A DNA stretch of 64,000 nt from Crocinitomicaceae bacterium (lineage in GTDB: Bacteria > Bacteroidota > Bacteroidia > Flavobacteriales_D > Crocinitomicaceae). Each line of letters begins with the position of its first letter. Position 1 is the stretch's first letter. Positions 37,796 through 48,185 of this stretch are shown piece by piece. Made by a program: the position numbers and the translations under genes. The DNA lies in the NCBI GenBank assembly GCA_965247975.1, contig OZ252050.1, positions 420,555 through 484,554 on the forward strand. Reading direction: 5' to 3'. The notes under the pieces were generated by a model. That model did no database searches and was not told the origin of the DNA. It saw nothing but the letters and a program-made list of their open reading frames with translations.

Positions 37796-39766
37796 TTATT
37801 TGAAGACAATTGGATGCGCAAACAAACGTGGTGTTCTTTCCACGAAATTGATGCTAGGAGATTTTGGTTCAGGACCACTATCTGCGGTTGCTTGACTGGC
37901 AAACCCAAATTCTTCCTCTTCTTCGGGTTCAACAAATTTATTTTGATCCCAATAACCTGCTTGCACTCCGTCTGTTTTTAACCACAAGCCTCGACCATCT
38001 GGTTCTCCTCCTAAAAACTCTCCGATAAACAAGCTTCCATCTTTCATTTTCATTCGACCAATACCGTTGCGTTTGTTAAAACTATATTTGCCTTCGTAGC
38101 TAACAATTTCACTTCCTGTTGGAAATGTGTATTTTCCATAACCGTGTCTCCAGCCATTCACAAGGAAACCTTCGTATTGGCTTTTACTCGCATACATAAG
38201 GCGAGAGAAGCTGTTTTCACAGTTGCCAAAGTAGCAGGAATCTGTTGCAAGCACGACTGAATCTTGCTCAAACTCCAATAATAATGGAAGGTTTTCGATT
38301 TTTTTGTTGATTGATTCATCTGAAACCATATCACATTCATTATTTTCACAATTGTAAATCAAACATTTCTTTAGACTGTTAAAGTAGAGCGCATTAAGAC
38401 CTTGTTTGGTTCCTTCATTAAACATTCCAAGAGTGCTCTTAAAGATACCTTCTAAAAGCCCAAACCCGTGAGGCTCTCCTCCATTGGAAAGAATGCCTTC
38501 ATAAATTATACTAAAGTCATCATTTGAAAAACAAGTCCCATAAATCCAGTCTTGATTCTTAACGTAGCCTTCTAATATGTAGTCTTCAAATTCCACGACA
38601 TTGAACTTATAGTCTAAATAAAGCATATCTGTTCTGAATTCATCCTTTTTCCAATAACCTTGTTGTGAAGTCCCATCTGAATAATAGTAAGTGCCTTTAC
38701 CTTCTTTTAGTCCATCCAAAAATTCGCCCGTATACACATCGCCATCTGCCCATTGGTAAATACCGTTTCCGTTGGCTTTTCCATTTTTTGCCATTCCCTC
38801 ATATACATCGCCATTCTCAAATCTGAATTTGCTATATGTATCGCTGCAATTTCCGTGTAGGCATCCTTTTTTACTCAATGTTGCTTGATCTAATTCCTCC
38901 GCCTCAAGTGCGATAGCTTGCATCACATATTCACCGAAGTCTTCATAAGAAAGATACACGTAACCTCCATCTCCCCAATCTTGTCCCCAACTGTTTTGAA
39001 CTTCAAAAGTGCCTCCATAGCGGTTATCATCATAACCTAGAACACACATTGCATGACCGCCGACAACCATATTTTCTAACTCGTCTTTGGATTTTTCCCA
39101 TACGCCTTTAGAATTTATGTTTTCCATAAATGAAGTACTAATGCCCATACCAATAACCACGATATGCCCGTCAGCCAGCGCACTTTTTGTTTTTTCTACT
39201 TTTTCCGTTGGGGAAGAGGTAGTTTCATCTAAATAAAGCCCCCATTCCCATAAACCAGTAAAATCCGCAGCCTTATACAGTGAAATTTTCTTGTCATCTT
39301 CCGAGGTTGTGCCACAAGATGACTCATTCAGGTGAAATCGTTTGGTTCCTGACAAAGTCAAAAAGTTCCCGGCATCGCTAAGCATCGTTCCTTCTTGGCA
39401 GCGGGAATCATATTTATTTTTAATACCGTTGTAGACTGTATAAGGACACATGGCCATTGCAGTAATTACATTTCTATTTTTGAGATTGAATTGTTTCGCA
39501 TGTAAAGTAGTCATAGCACAATAACCGGATGACCAACCAACGCACGTACTGTAGTTACCCTGATTTCCAGGGTATGGGGCAAATTGTCTCCAACTAACAC
39601 TGTCTGGAAGATTTTCGCCAAAACCAAATTCACTCCGCTCGAATAAGTTAAGACCTTTTGAACTCCCTCCTTTTAAGTCTAAGCCGGTTTTGTATTGCTG
39701 TCCAAAAACGGTGGTAGCACAAAAAATAACAGGAACAATTACAAACAGAAGAACAAGACTTTTCAT
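37796..39766 (-). CDS. C1 papain-family cysteine peptidase fused to MORN repeats
   Basis: Signal peptide; NQGNYSTCVGWS, GGHAMCVLGYDD, QNSWG; MORN repeats YEGMAKNGKANGNGIYQW. Confidence 0.88.
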   Translation of the reverse strand: MKSLVLLFVIVPVIFCATTVFGQQYKTGLDLKGGSSKGLNLFERSEFGFGENLPDSVSWRQFAPYPGNQGNYSTCVGWSSGYCAMTTLHAKQFNLKNRNVITAMAMCPYTVYNGIKNKYDSRCQEGTMLSDAGNFLTLSGTKRFHLNESSCGTTSEDDKKISLYKAADFTGLWEWGLYLDETTSSPTEKVEKTKSALADGHIVVIGMGISTSFMENINSKGVWEKSKDELENMVVGGHAMCVLGYDDNRYGGTFEVQNSWGQDWGDGGYVYLSYEDFGEYVMQAIALEAEELDQATLSKKGCLHGNCSDTYSKFRFENGDVYEGMAKNGKANGNGIYQWADGDVYTGEFLDGLKEGKGTYYYSDGTSQQGYWKKDEFRTDMLYLDYKFNVVEFEDYILEGYVKNQDWIYGTCFSNDDFSIIYEGILSNGGEPHGFGLLEGIFKSTLGMFNEGTKQGLNALYFNSLKKCLIYNCENNECDMVSDESINKKIENLPLLLEFEQDSVVLATDSCYFGNCENSFSRLMYASKSQYEGFLVNGWRHGYGKYTFPTGSEIVSYEGKYSFNKRNGIGRMKMKDGSLFIGEFLGGEPDGRGLWLKTDGVQAGYWDQNKFVEPEEEEEFGFASQATADSGPEPKSPSINFVERTPRLFAHPIVFK

Positions 39767-40019
39767 ACGGTACTAAAAAAATTGAAGTAATAAATTAAGC
39801 CCGCAAATTACTAAAAAACTTGGTTTTAACCAATTTACAACTTTACCACTCTTTGAATTATCCTATTTTTGCCTTTTAAAGCTTGCAATGAGAATTTATT
39901 TATTTCTTTTGATTTTTTGTTTGCCATCGAGCTTGCATGGTCAAAACTCCTATGAAAAATATCAAGAATATTTTTTTTCTTTTACAGAGCAGAAAGATTT
40001 TTTAAATGTAGCTAAAACA

Positions 40020-40257
40020 TCTTACAAATGGGCAAACCTATTGAAAATGAAATTCTACAATATCCTTTTTGAATATAGGCAAGAACGAACTTATAGATTT
40101 GAGGAACAAAGTATCACAATTTAAAGCAGATTCTGGAACAAAAGATACAGTCGTAATAACAATTATTACAACTTATGGAGTTGTAGAAAATGACAATTCG
40201 GATGAAATAGTAGAAAACTCATTTGAGATGAATATTCTATTTGAAGAAATAAATTGA
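40020..40257 (+). pseudogene. Frameshifted C-terminal remnant of an AAA-ATPase/PD-(D/E)xK protein
   Basis: NLLKMKFYN in one frame continues as NIGKNELIDLRNKVSQFKADSGTK...ITTYGV...NILF in another, resembling the C-terminus of Bacteroidota ATP-binding proteins; no N-terminal ATPase part. Confidence 0.45.
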
Positions 40258-40353
40258 GCTAAATGTGGAACCGATCTTCCATCTTTTTATCTTCCATCTG
40301 TTTATAAGAATTGGAATAAATAGTAATGTTGCCATACATGAGCAAGAACCAAC

Positions 40354-40390
40354 AAAAAAGCCCTGCAACATTCGTTACAGAGCTTTTTGG
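40354..40390 (-). terminator. Rho-independent terminator of the tRNA-Gly/Leu operon
   Basis: Minus strand AAAAAGCTCTGTAAC-GAAT-GTTGCAGGGCTTTTTT. Confidence 0.7.
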
Positions 40391-40437
40391 TATTCAAGGT
40401 GGGTTCCGAAAGAAATCGGAATGAACCCACAAAAAGT

Positions 40438-40520
40438 ACTCGAGGCGGGACTTGAACCCGCACGCCCCGAAGAGCACAGGATTTTAAGTCCGGCGTGTCT
40501 ACCAATTCCACCACTCGAGC
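40438..40520 (-). tRNA. tRNA-Leu (TAA)
   Basis: Minus strand GCTCGAG...CTTAAAA loop, long variable arm, GGTTCAAGTCC T-arm, CTCGAGT-A; CCA not encoded. Confidence 0.95.
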
Positions 40521-40558
40521 TTTTGATTTATCGGACTGATAAATCTGGTCATTCAACC

Positions 40559-40632
<74 letters not shown>

Positions 40633-40668
40633 TTATATTTGTTACATTCTCACGTTAGAGAAAGTTTT

Positions 40669-40779
40669 GGTGATGCTCTACTCCCGAAAAATCGAAACGA
40701 AAGTTTCGTAATTTTTCGAGGATTCTCGTAAATCTATGCAATTCATTGCTTGATTTACGGAACCCTGAGCTACGCCCGC
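40669..40779 (-). pseudogene. tRNA-Gly 5' fragment interrupted in the D-loop by an 81-nt double-hairpin insert
   Basis: Plus strand GGTGATGCTCTAC + insert (40682-40762) + CCCTGAGCTACGCCCGC; the two flanks are contiguous in the intact tRNA-Gly. Confidence 0.75.
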
Positions 40780-40817
40780 TTATTGCATTTTCACTATTTC
40801 ACAAAAACCGTAGCGTC

Positions 40818-40885
40818 CTGTCCCGAATTAGATGAGTCTGTTCGGAAAGAACAGCAACGAATCTTAATCGGGAAGCTACGCCCGC
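40818..40885 (-). pseudogene. Second tRNA-Gly 5' relic with a palindromic insert
   Basis: AGCTACGCCCGC at 40874-40885, preceded on the plus strand by the TCCCGAATTAGAT...ATCTTAATCGGGA inverted repeat and CCTG. Confidence 0.6.
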
Positions 40886-40923
40886 TTATTTTGTTAATCC
40901 GCACATCTTTCTGTAACGGGCGA

Positions 40924-40931
40924 CAAATGTA
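40924..40931 (-). promoter_or_regulatory. Bacteroidota -7 promoter element for the tRNA cluster
   Basis: Minus strand TACATTTG. Confidence 0.55.
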
Positions 40932-41058
40932 TAAAGTTTTTTTTAATATTAAAATAAAATTAAACGAAATTGCATAAAATCATACAGAGAATGTCTTTTG
41001 TAACCAAGTTTTGAAAAATGAGCGGAAAAATTTAAAGGTTAGCTGAGCTTGTCAAAGC

Positions 41059-43692
41059 TTAACCACCCGTTAATTTTTTTATTTCATTCAACTTCATCAA
41101 CGCTTCCACCGGCGTCAAAGTATTAATGTCTATAGAAACCAATTCGTCGTGAATTTGTTCCAACACTGGATCATTCAATTGAAAAAAGCTGAGTTGCATG
41201 TTTTCGGTGCTCTCTGTAGAATTCAAGGTGCTGTTTTTAGGACTTTTAGTTGAATCGAGGTCATGTGTTTTTTCTAATGTCGATAAAATTTGTGTTGCTC
41301 TATTTAAAACAGATTGCGGCATGCCAGCCAATTTTGCCACGTGGATTCCGAAGGAATGTTCACTTCCTCCAGGTGTTAATTTGCGCAGAAATAGAATTTT
41401 ATTGCCAATTTCTTTCACCGAAACATTGTAATTCTGAATGCGCGAAAATTGTTTGGTCATCTCATTCAATTCATGGTAATGCGTAGCAAACAACGTTTTG
41501 CTCTTCGCTTTTGGATGCTCGTGTAAATATTCTGCAATGGCCCAAGCAATGGAAATTCCATCATAAGTGCTTGTCCCGCGACCAATTTCGTCCAAAAGAA
41601 CCAAACTTCGGTCAGATAAATTGTTCAAAATACTCGCCGTTTCGTTCATTTCCACCATGAATGTTGATTCCCCGGAGGAAATATTATCCGATGCTCCAAC
41701 GCGTGTAAAAACTTTGTCAACTAATCCAAGATTTGCCGCAGCAGCTGGAACAAAACTTCCCATTTGAGCCATCAAGGAAATCAAAGCGGTTTGACGTAAA
41801 ATCGCACTTTTACCACTCATGTTTGGCCCCGTAATCATGATGATTTGTTGCTTTTCGTTGTCCAAGTAAACATCGTTTGGAATGTATTCTTCTGCTGCTT
41901 GCAATTTCTGTTCAATTACAGGATGTCTACCTGCTTTTATGTCAATGGCATAACCCTCAGAAATGCTTGGTTTTGTGTACTTATTTCGTTGAGCAACTTC
42001 CGAAAATGAACACAAACAATCTAATTGTGAGATGAGGTGCGCATTGAATTGCATCGGTTGAATGTAATCGGACATGGCAAAAATCAAATCCTGATACAAT
42101 TTACTTTCGATCACATGAATTTTGTCTTCAGCCCCTAATATTTTGGTTTCGTATTCCTTCAGTTCTTCGGTGATGTAGCGTTCAGCATTCACTAATGTTT
42201 GCTTGCGAATCCATGTTTCAGGAACTTTATCTTTGTGTGTGTTTCGAACTTCGATGTAATAGCCGAACACATTATTAAAAGCAACTTTCAAACTTGGAAT
42301 TCCTGTTTGGTCGCTTTCGCGTTGCTGCATTTGTTCTAAATAGTCTTTTCCGCTAAACGCAATTTCCCTTAATTCGTCAAGCTCCTGGTTCACACCTTTG
42401 TTGATGATGATTCCTTTACCAACTTGCACCGCAGGCTCATCGACTAAGGTATTAGTAATCAATTCGATCAATTTTTCGCAAGGTTGCAATTGATCTGCAA
42501 TTTTATCGATTAAAAGCGTTTTTGAGCCGTGAAGAATGCTTTTAATGGGCGCAATTTGTTGCAAAGTTCTGCGCAAATGAATCACTTCTTTTGGATTCGC
42601 TTTGCCAACCGCAACTTTGGAGATTAACCGCTCAATATCACCAATTTCGCGCAAGCGTTGGGTTAATTCAAAAAATTGAGTTTCGTTTTTTGTCAAATAT
42701 TCAACCGCGTCCAATCGTTCTTGAATGGGTTGCTGGTGCTTTAAAGGCAAAACAATCCAACGTTTCATCATGCGTCCGCCCATGGGTGTATGTGTGCGAT
42801 CCAAAATGTCACTGAGCGTCGTTGCATTTTCGTGTGGAGAACTGATCAATTCCAAATTTCGCACAGTAAATCGATCCAACCAAACATACTTGTCTTCTTC
42901 GATCCTCGAAACGGCTGTAATGTGACCCAATTTATCGTTTTGAGTTTCCGATAAATAATGCAAAATCGCACCAGCAGCAATAATTCCTGCCGTTTGATTC
43001 TCAATTCCAAAACCCTTTAGCGATTTAGTTCCGAAGTGATTCGTGAGATTTTCAGTCGCAAAATCACTCGTAAATACCCAATCTTCTAAGCGGAAATGAT
43101 AGTATTTTTTCCCAAGCAAGGCATCGTAATCAGCGGTGCGGTTTTTTTGAAAGATGATTTCTTTGGGTTCAAATCCTTGAATGAGTTTGTCTAAATATTC
43201 ATTGTCGCCTTGAGCAACTAAAAATTCACCGGTTGAAACGTCAATAAATGCAATTCCATGCTCGCCTTTCGAAAAATGAATCGCACACAGAAAATTGTTT
43301 TTCTTTTGCTCCAACACTTGATCGCTGAACGAAACTCCCGGCGTTACAAGTTCTGTTACACCCCGTTTTACAATGGTTTTGGTCATTTTTGGATCTTCCA
43401 ACTGATCACAAATGGCAACCCGAAGTCCAGCACGTACAAGCTTTGGTAAGTAATTGTCTAGCGAATGATGCGGAAATCCTGCAAGTTCTATTTCTGAACT
43501 TGATCCTGCACCTCTTTTGGTCAAAACAATGCCCAACACTTTGGATGTGCGAATGGCATCTTCACCAAATGTCTCGTAAAAATCACCCACCCGAAAAAGC
43601 AGCAAAGCTTGAGGATGTTTTGCTTTGATTTGGTTGTACTGACGCATCAATGGCGTGTCATTGGCCGTTTTTTCTGCTTTAAGTTTCGTCAA
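41059..43692 (-). CDS. mutS: DNA mismatch repair protein MutS
   Basis: [46 protein letters not shown]; probable TTG start at 43692 (ORF track extends to 43794). Confidence 0.97.
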   Translation of the reverse strand: MTKLKAEKTANDTPLMRQYNQIKAKHPQALLLFRVGDFYETFGEDAIRTSKVLGIVLTKRGAGSSSEIELAGFPHHSLDNYLPKLVRAGLRVAICDQLEDPKMTKTIVKRGVTELVTPGVSFSDQVLEQKKNNFLCAIHFSKGEHGIAFIDVSTGEFLVAQGDNEYLDKLIQGFEPKEIIFQKNRTADYDALLGKKYYHFRLEDWVFTSDFATENLTNHFGTKSLKGFGIENQTAGIIAAGAILHYLSETQNDKLGHITAVSRIEEDKYVWLDRFTVRNLELISSPHENATTLSDILDRTHTPMGGRMMKRWIVLPLKHQQPIQERLDAVEYLTKNETQFFELTQRLREIGDIERLISKVAVGKANPKEVIHLRRTLQQIAPIKSILHGSKTLLIDKIADQLQPCEKLIELITNTLVDEPAVQVGKGIIINKGVNQELDELREIAFSGKDYLEQMQQRESDQTGIPSLKVAFNNVFGYYIEVRNTHKDKVPETWIRKQTLVNAERYITEELKEYETKILGAEDKIHVIESKLYQDLIFAMSDYIQPMQFNAHLISQLDCLCSFSEVAQRNKYTKPSISEGYAIDIKAGRHPVIEQKLQAAEEYIPNDVYLDNEKQQIIMITGPNMSGKSAILRQTALISLMAQMGSFVPAAAANLGLVDKVFTRVGASDNISSGESTFMVEMNETASILNNLSDRSLVLLDEIGRGTSTYDGISIAWAIAEYLHEHPKAKSKTLFATHYHELNEMTKQFSRIQNYNVSVKEIGNKILFLRKLTPGGSEHSFGIHVAKLAGMPQSVLNRATQILSTLEKTHDLDSTKSPKNSTLNSTESTENMQLSFFQLNDPVLEQIHDELVSIDINTLTPVEALMKLNEIKKLTGG

Positions 43693-43862
43693 TTCAAATG
43701 ATTTAATGATTTTTGTCGGATAAAAGTAAAGAATCGTAGCGAGAGCAAGTGAATTTAGTCGTCCTATGTTTTCAACAATCTCACTTTTGGGCAATGAGTT
43801 GGGAGTTGCAAGATGAATGATTTTTAGCCTTTCATCTCTTATCTTACGTAAAATAGAAAAAA

Positions 43863-44402
43863 ATGAATAAAAAACTAAAACTTTGGGAACTCGAGCGCGT
43901 GAGCGAAGAAGACTTTAAAAGTCAACAGAAATTTCCGTTAATTGTTGTTCTCAATGATATTCGAAGTCTGAGTAATATTGGTTCATTTTTTCGCACGGCA
44001 GATGCTTTTAATATTGAGAAAATCTATTTGTGTGGGATTACGGCAACTCCTCCACATCGTGAAATTCAAAAAACGGCCCTTGGTGCAACCGAAACCATCG
44101 AATGGGAACACCGCACTTCAATTCGAGATTTAATCACAGAATTAAAAGCGCAAGACGTAAAAATTTGTTCCATAGAACAAACTGAAAAAACAATACTTCT
44201 TCAAGATGTGAAAGATCTAGCAGGAACAAAATTTGCATTAGTTTTTGGTAATGAAGTGAACGGTGTCGACCAAGAAGTAATAGATGATTCTGATTTCATC
44301 ATTGAAATACCACAGTTCGGCACCAAGCACAGTTTAAATGTATCTGTGTGTGCAGGAATTGTTATTTGGGAATTTTCGAAGCGTTATTTGCCTGTTGATT
44401 AA
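43863..44402 (+). CDS. TrmH/SpoU family RNA methyltransferase
   Basis: [39 protein letters not shown]. Confidence 0.92.
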   Translation: MNKKLKLWELERVSEEDFKSQQKFPLIVVLNDIRSLSNIGSFFRTADAFNIEKIYLCGITATPPHREIQKTALGATETIEWEHRTSIRDLITELKAQDVKICSIEQTEKTILLQDVKDLAGTKFALVFGNEVNGVDQEVIDDSDFIIEIPQFGTKHSLNVSVCAGIVIWEFSKRYLPVD

Positions 44403-44406
44403 TTTA

Positions 44407-47400
44407 TTATCGAAGTAAATTCACATGACCCGCCAATTTTTTGCGTTCGAACGATCCGTCTTTCATGTTAAATTCAATCACCCAATTGTATGTGCCCTCA
44501 TTGGCTTTTTTCCCATAAATTGTTGTCCCATCCCATCCAACACTTGCGTCTAACGATTCAAATTGGAGTTCGCCCCATCGGTTAAATATTTTAATGTTGT
44601 AACTCATTGGATCAAATCCGGATGTGAAAACGGGTAAAAACCAATGATTGTACTCATCACCATCTGGAGTGAATGTATTTGGAATAAAATAGATCAATTG
44701 TTCTTTAAATGCATAAGTGATCGAGTAAGTATCCATACAGCCGATGTCGTTCATTGCAGTTAAGGTTACCGTGTATTCTCCACCTGCTAAATTGGGAAAA
44801 GTATATGAACCTTCATAAGCGACAAGTGGTTCTGAACCATCACCAAAATCCCAACTAAACCAATTGGCATTTTCTGATTCATTCGTAAACGAATTTGTTA
44901 AATCATCTTCACTTAACTCGCCCAAAGACGAGCTGAATAGAGCATTAGGTGTCGGAGTCAAGCAAATTAAATCGGCAATTGATTGTGTTGCTGAACATCC
45001 TTGATTCGTTGTAGCCGTTAAGCTCACATCATAACAACCATCCGCGGAATAAGTAATTGTTGGATCTTGTGCTGCTGAATTACTTCCATTTCCAAAATTC
45101 CAATTATAAAAGTTTACACCTGGGGTTGTATTTACGAATGAAACTTGGATAGGTGCACAACCTTCTTCTTGCACGAAAGTGAATGACGGAGCAGGGACAG
45201 GATTTACATCAATCGTCATGGTTGTGCTCAATGCACATTGCCCAATTGATGGAGTAAATGTGTATGTCGTTGTTGCTAATTCATTGGGAGCAGGAGACCA
45301 ATAACCTGTGAAACCATTTGTTGAAGTTGCTGGGAAGGCAGCAAGACTTTCTCCCAAACAAATTGGTGCAATTTGAGTGAAGGCGGCCACAATGTTTGGA
45401 TTCACAGTAATTGTCAAAGTTGTTTGGGTATAACAATAGCCTGCAGCCGGAGTTGGAGTGAATGTGTAATTTGTAGTTGCTGTATTATTTGGAGCAGGTG
45501 ACCAAGTTCCATTGATTCCATTTAAAGATGTTGATGGCAATGGGTTCAATACTTCTCCTTCACAGATTGCGTTTATGGATGCAAAGGTTGGTGTTGTGTT
45601 TGGTGTAACTACAATTGTCATCGTTGTGGTAACCGAGCAAATCCCAGCATCTGGTGTAAATGTATATGTTGTTGTTGCTAAATTGTTTAGAGCAGGCGAC
45701 CATGTTCCTGTGATGCCTTCCAATGATGCAGTTGGCAATGGTGTTAAGCCTTGCCCCGCACAGATAGCCGTAACTTGGTTAAAAGTCGGAGTTTCAAGTG
45801 GAATGATAGTGATTGTTAAAGTTGTTGGCAACGCACATAGACCAGGTGTTGGAGTAAATGTGTAAGTCGTGGTAGCTTGATTGTTGATTGCTGGAGACCA
45901 TGTTCCTGTAATTCCATTGTTCGAAGTTGGTGGCAATGCAGCAATGGACGAACCTGCACATTGAGGTGCAATGGCATTGAACGTTGGAAGTATGTTAGGA
46001 TTTACCACCACGCCGAGCGTAGCACTTAAATTGCATGCTCCAGCGATTGAAGTTGGTGTAAATGTATAAATTGTTGTTACTAAATTATTCGGTGCTGGTG
46101 ACCAAGTACCCGAAATACCATTCGTTGAAGTTGTTGGAAGCGGATTTAATATAGCACCTGAACAAATAGAAGCAATAAGATTGAACGTTGGAATGATATT
46201 AGGATTCACCGTGATTGTCATGGTTTCTGTTAATGAACACACTCCAGATGTTGGGGTAAACGTATATGTTGTAGTTGTTGTATTATCGAGACTTGGTGAC
46301 CATGTTCCAGTTATTCCATTCAATGAATTAGTTGGTAGGGGCGTAAGAATTTCACCTGAACATATTGGTGTAACCGCCGTGAAAGTAGGTTGTATGTTTG
46401 GATTTACGACGATGGTCAAATCCGTGCTAACAGCGCATAAACCTGGTGTTGGAGTGAAAGTATAAGTGGTTGTTGCCAAGTTATTTAAAGCAGGCGACCA
46501 CGATCCAGTAATACCGTTAAGCGAGGTTGTTGGCAAGGGACTTAACACGTCTCCAGAACAAATCGGATTTATTGGGGCAAAGGTTGGCGTTATGTTTGGA
46601 TTTACAAAGATGGTCAGATTTTCAGCGAATGCACATTGACCGGGTGTTAAAATAAACGTATATGTTGTTGTTATTGTATTATCTAACGCTGGCAGCCAAG
46701 TTCCTGTTATGCCATTTAATGATGTTGTTGGAAGCGGATCGAGAACGCCACCTTCACAAATTGGAGCAACTGGATCAAATGTTGGAAAAATATTAGGATT
46801 GACTGTGATAGTCATTGTCGTTGGAACTGCGCATAATCCTGGAGTAGGGGTGAATGTATACGTGGTCGTAGCCGAATTATTTAAAGCTGGTGACCAAGTT
46901 CCTGTTATCCCATTCAAGGAAGTAGTCGGAAGAGGAGCAAGGGGACTACCGTCACAAATAGGTGCTATTTGATTGAATGTTGGTGTAACATTAGGATTAA
47001 CTGTAACTGTTAATGTTGCAGAAGGCCCAGGACATGCACCAGAAGGTGTAAATGTGTACACTGTCGTCGCTAAATTGTTTGGAGCAGGAGACCAGGTACC
47101 AGTAATTCCGTTTAGTGATGTTGTTGGCAATGTAGGAAATGGAGCTCCTGAGCAAATTGGTGCGATTGCCGCAAAAGTTGGAGTTATTGGAGATACGTTT
47201 GGGGTGATTGTAACATAGCCAGCACCATTATTTGTCCCAGGATTGCATCCTGCTCCAGCTGGCACAAGGCTTGAGCCACCTCCGCCACCACCACCACCGT
47301 AGGGTGCTGAAGAAAAGCAATCGCTTCCGCCTCCGCCTCCGCCATAATAGCCACCTCCGCCACCTCCACCAGGTGAGTTATTATAACAAGGGTCAATTGC

Positions 47401-48036
47401 ACCAAGACCACCTTGTCCTAACGACCCTGAAGAACCATAATTGCCAGATGAAATCCAAGGTGGCCCTCCTGGACCAGCCGAAAATTGTGTAGCACCACCC
47501 CCACCTTGACCGTAAGGTGAAGTTCCACTAAGTCCTGTAGCGCAACCACCGTTTCCACCGTTCGCGTCAGTTGTACCGCCACCTGATCCACCACCGCCAG
47601 CAGCAATAATGATTGGTGATCCACCAATAGAAACGGTACTCGCGCCGCCACCGCCAAAAGAGGCATTGGCTGCACTGTTGGCATTTCTCCCGCCACCTCC
47701 ACCACCATAACCGCCTGCAATTCCGTTGCCAGATCCACCAGAATTTATAGTGATAATTTGACCTGGGGTTACGTTTATAGTTGCGGTGATTACAGCTCCA
47801 TTACCTCCAGAAGGGCCACCACCATCAGCTCCTGCAACAACAATAGTTAAAGTTGTAACACATGGCGGAACGGTATACGTTTGAGTCGCTCCAGTATAAC
47901 CAAAAGTAACTGTTTGTGAATATATATGCTCGAAACATCCCAACAATAGAGTTGAAATGAATAAAAACTGAACAAATGTATGTCCAATATTATTAATTCT
48001 GAATTTCATAGCCAGCCTTCGATATAAGTAGAACAA
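44407..48036 (-). CDS. Large surface protein: Gly-rich domain, ten 66-aa repeats, two PKD domains, T9SS type B (gliding-motility-associated) CTD
   Basis: Poly-Gly N-terminal domain; PTF..I.PIC.G..L.PLPTTS.NGITGTWSPA.....TTTYTFTP repeats; WNFGNG/WDFGDG PKD; IPNTFTPDGDEYN...IFNRWG...WDG CTD; the true start may be about 48009. Confidence 0.85.
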   Translation of the reverse strand: MFYLYRRLAMKFRINNIGHTFVQFLFISTLLLGCFEHIYSQTVTFGYTGATQTYTVPPCVTTLTIVVAGADGGGPSGGNGAVITATINVTPGQIITINSGGSGNGIAGGYGGGGGGRNANSAANASFGGGGASTVSIGGSPIIIAAGGGGSGGGTTDANGGNGGCATGLSGTSPYGQGGGGATQFSAGPGGPPWISSGNYGSSGSLGQGGLGAIDPCYNNSPGGGGGGGYYGGGGGGSDCFSSAPYGGGGGGGGSSLVPAGAGCNPGTNNGAGYVTITPNVSPITPTFAAIAPICSGAPFPTLPTTSLNGITGTWSPAPNNLATTVYTFTPSGACPGPSATLTVTVNPNVTPTFNQIAPICDGSPLAPLPTTSLNGITGTWSPALNNSATTTYTFTPTPGLCAVPTTMTITVNPNIFPTFDPVAPICEGGVLDPLPTTSLNGITGTWLPALDNTITTTYTFILTPGQCAFAENLTIFVNPNITPTFAPINPICSGDVLSPLPTTSLNGITGSWSPALNNLATTTYTFTPTPGLCAVSTDLTIVVNPNIQPTFTAVTPICSGEILTPLPTNSLNGITGTWSPSLDNTTTTTYTFTPTSGVCSLTETMTITVNPNIIPTFNLIASICSGAILNPLPTTSTNGISGTWSPAPNNLVTTIYTFTPTSIAGACNLSATLGVVVNPNILPTFNAIAPQCAGSSIAALPPTSNNGITGTWSPAINNQATTTYTFTPTPGLCALPTTLTITIIPLETPTFNQVTAICAGQGLTPLPTASLEGITGTWSPALNNLATTTYTFTPDAGICSVTTTMTIVVTPNTTPTFASINAICEGEVLNPLPSTSLNGINGTWSPAPNNTATTNYTFTPTPAAGYCYTQTTLTITVNPNIVAAFTQIAPICLGESLAAFPATSTNGFTGYWSPAPNELATTTYTFTPSIGQCALSTTMTIDVNPVPAPSFTFVQEEGCAPIQVSFVNTTPGVNFYNWNFGNGSNSAAQDPTITYSADGCYDVSLTATTNQGCSATQSIADLICLTPTPNALFSSSLGELSEDDLTNSFTNESENANWFSWDFGDGSEPLVAYEGSYTFPNLAGGEYTVTLTAMNDIGCMDTYSITYAFKEQLIYFIPNTFTPDGDEYNHWFLPVFTSGFDPMSYNIKIFNRWGELQFESLDASVGWDGTTIYGKKANEGTYNWVIEFNMKDGSFERKKLAGHVNLLR

Positions 48037-48185
48037 TAAAAAAGGAAACCCCCTTTTTCTATTGATGTTGAATGAAAATAATTTTTATTATCATTCGCAC
48101 TTTCAAATATAAAATAAATTATTTGAAGATTAACGAATTATAACTAAAAATTTAGCTGGATGTGAAAATAACGTTGAAATTGGGG

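Noticed and set aside
31000-40437. att-bounded island at tRNA-Leu containing the protease operon
   Set aside because: I found no second copy of the tRNA-Leu 3' end near 31 kb, so the boundaries are unsupported
45512-47738. Several plus-strand ORFs of 75-117 aa
   Set aside because: Antisense or alternate-frame shadows of the repetitive adhesin gene
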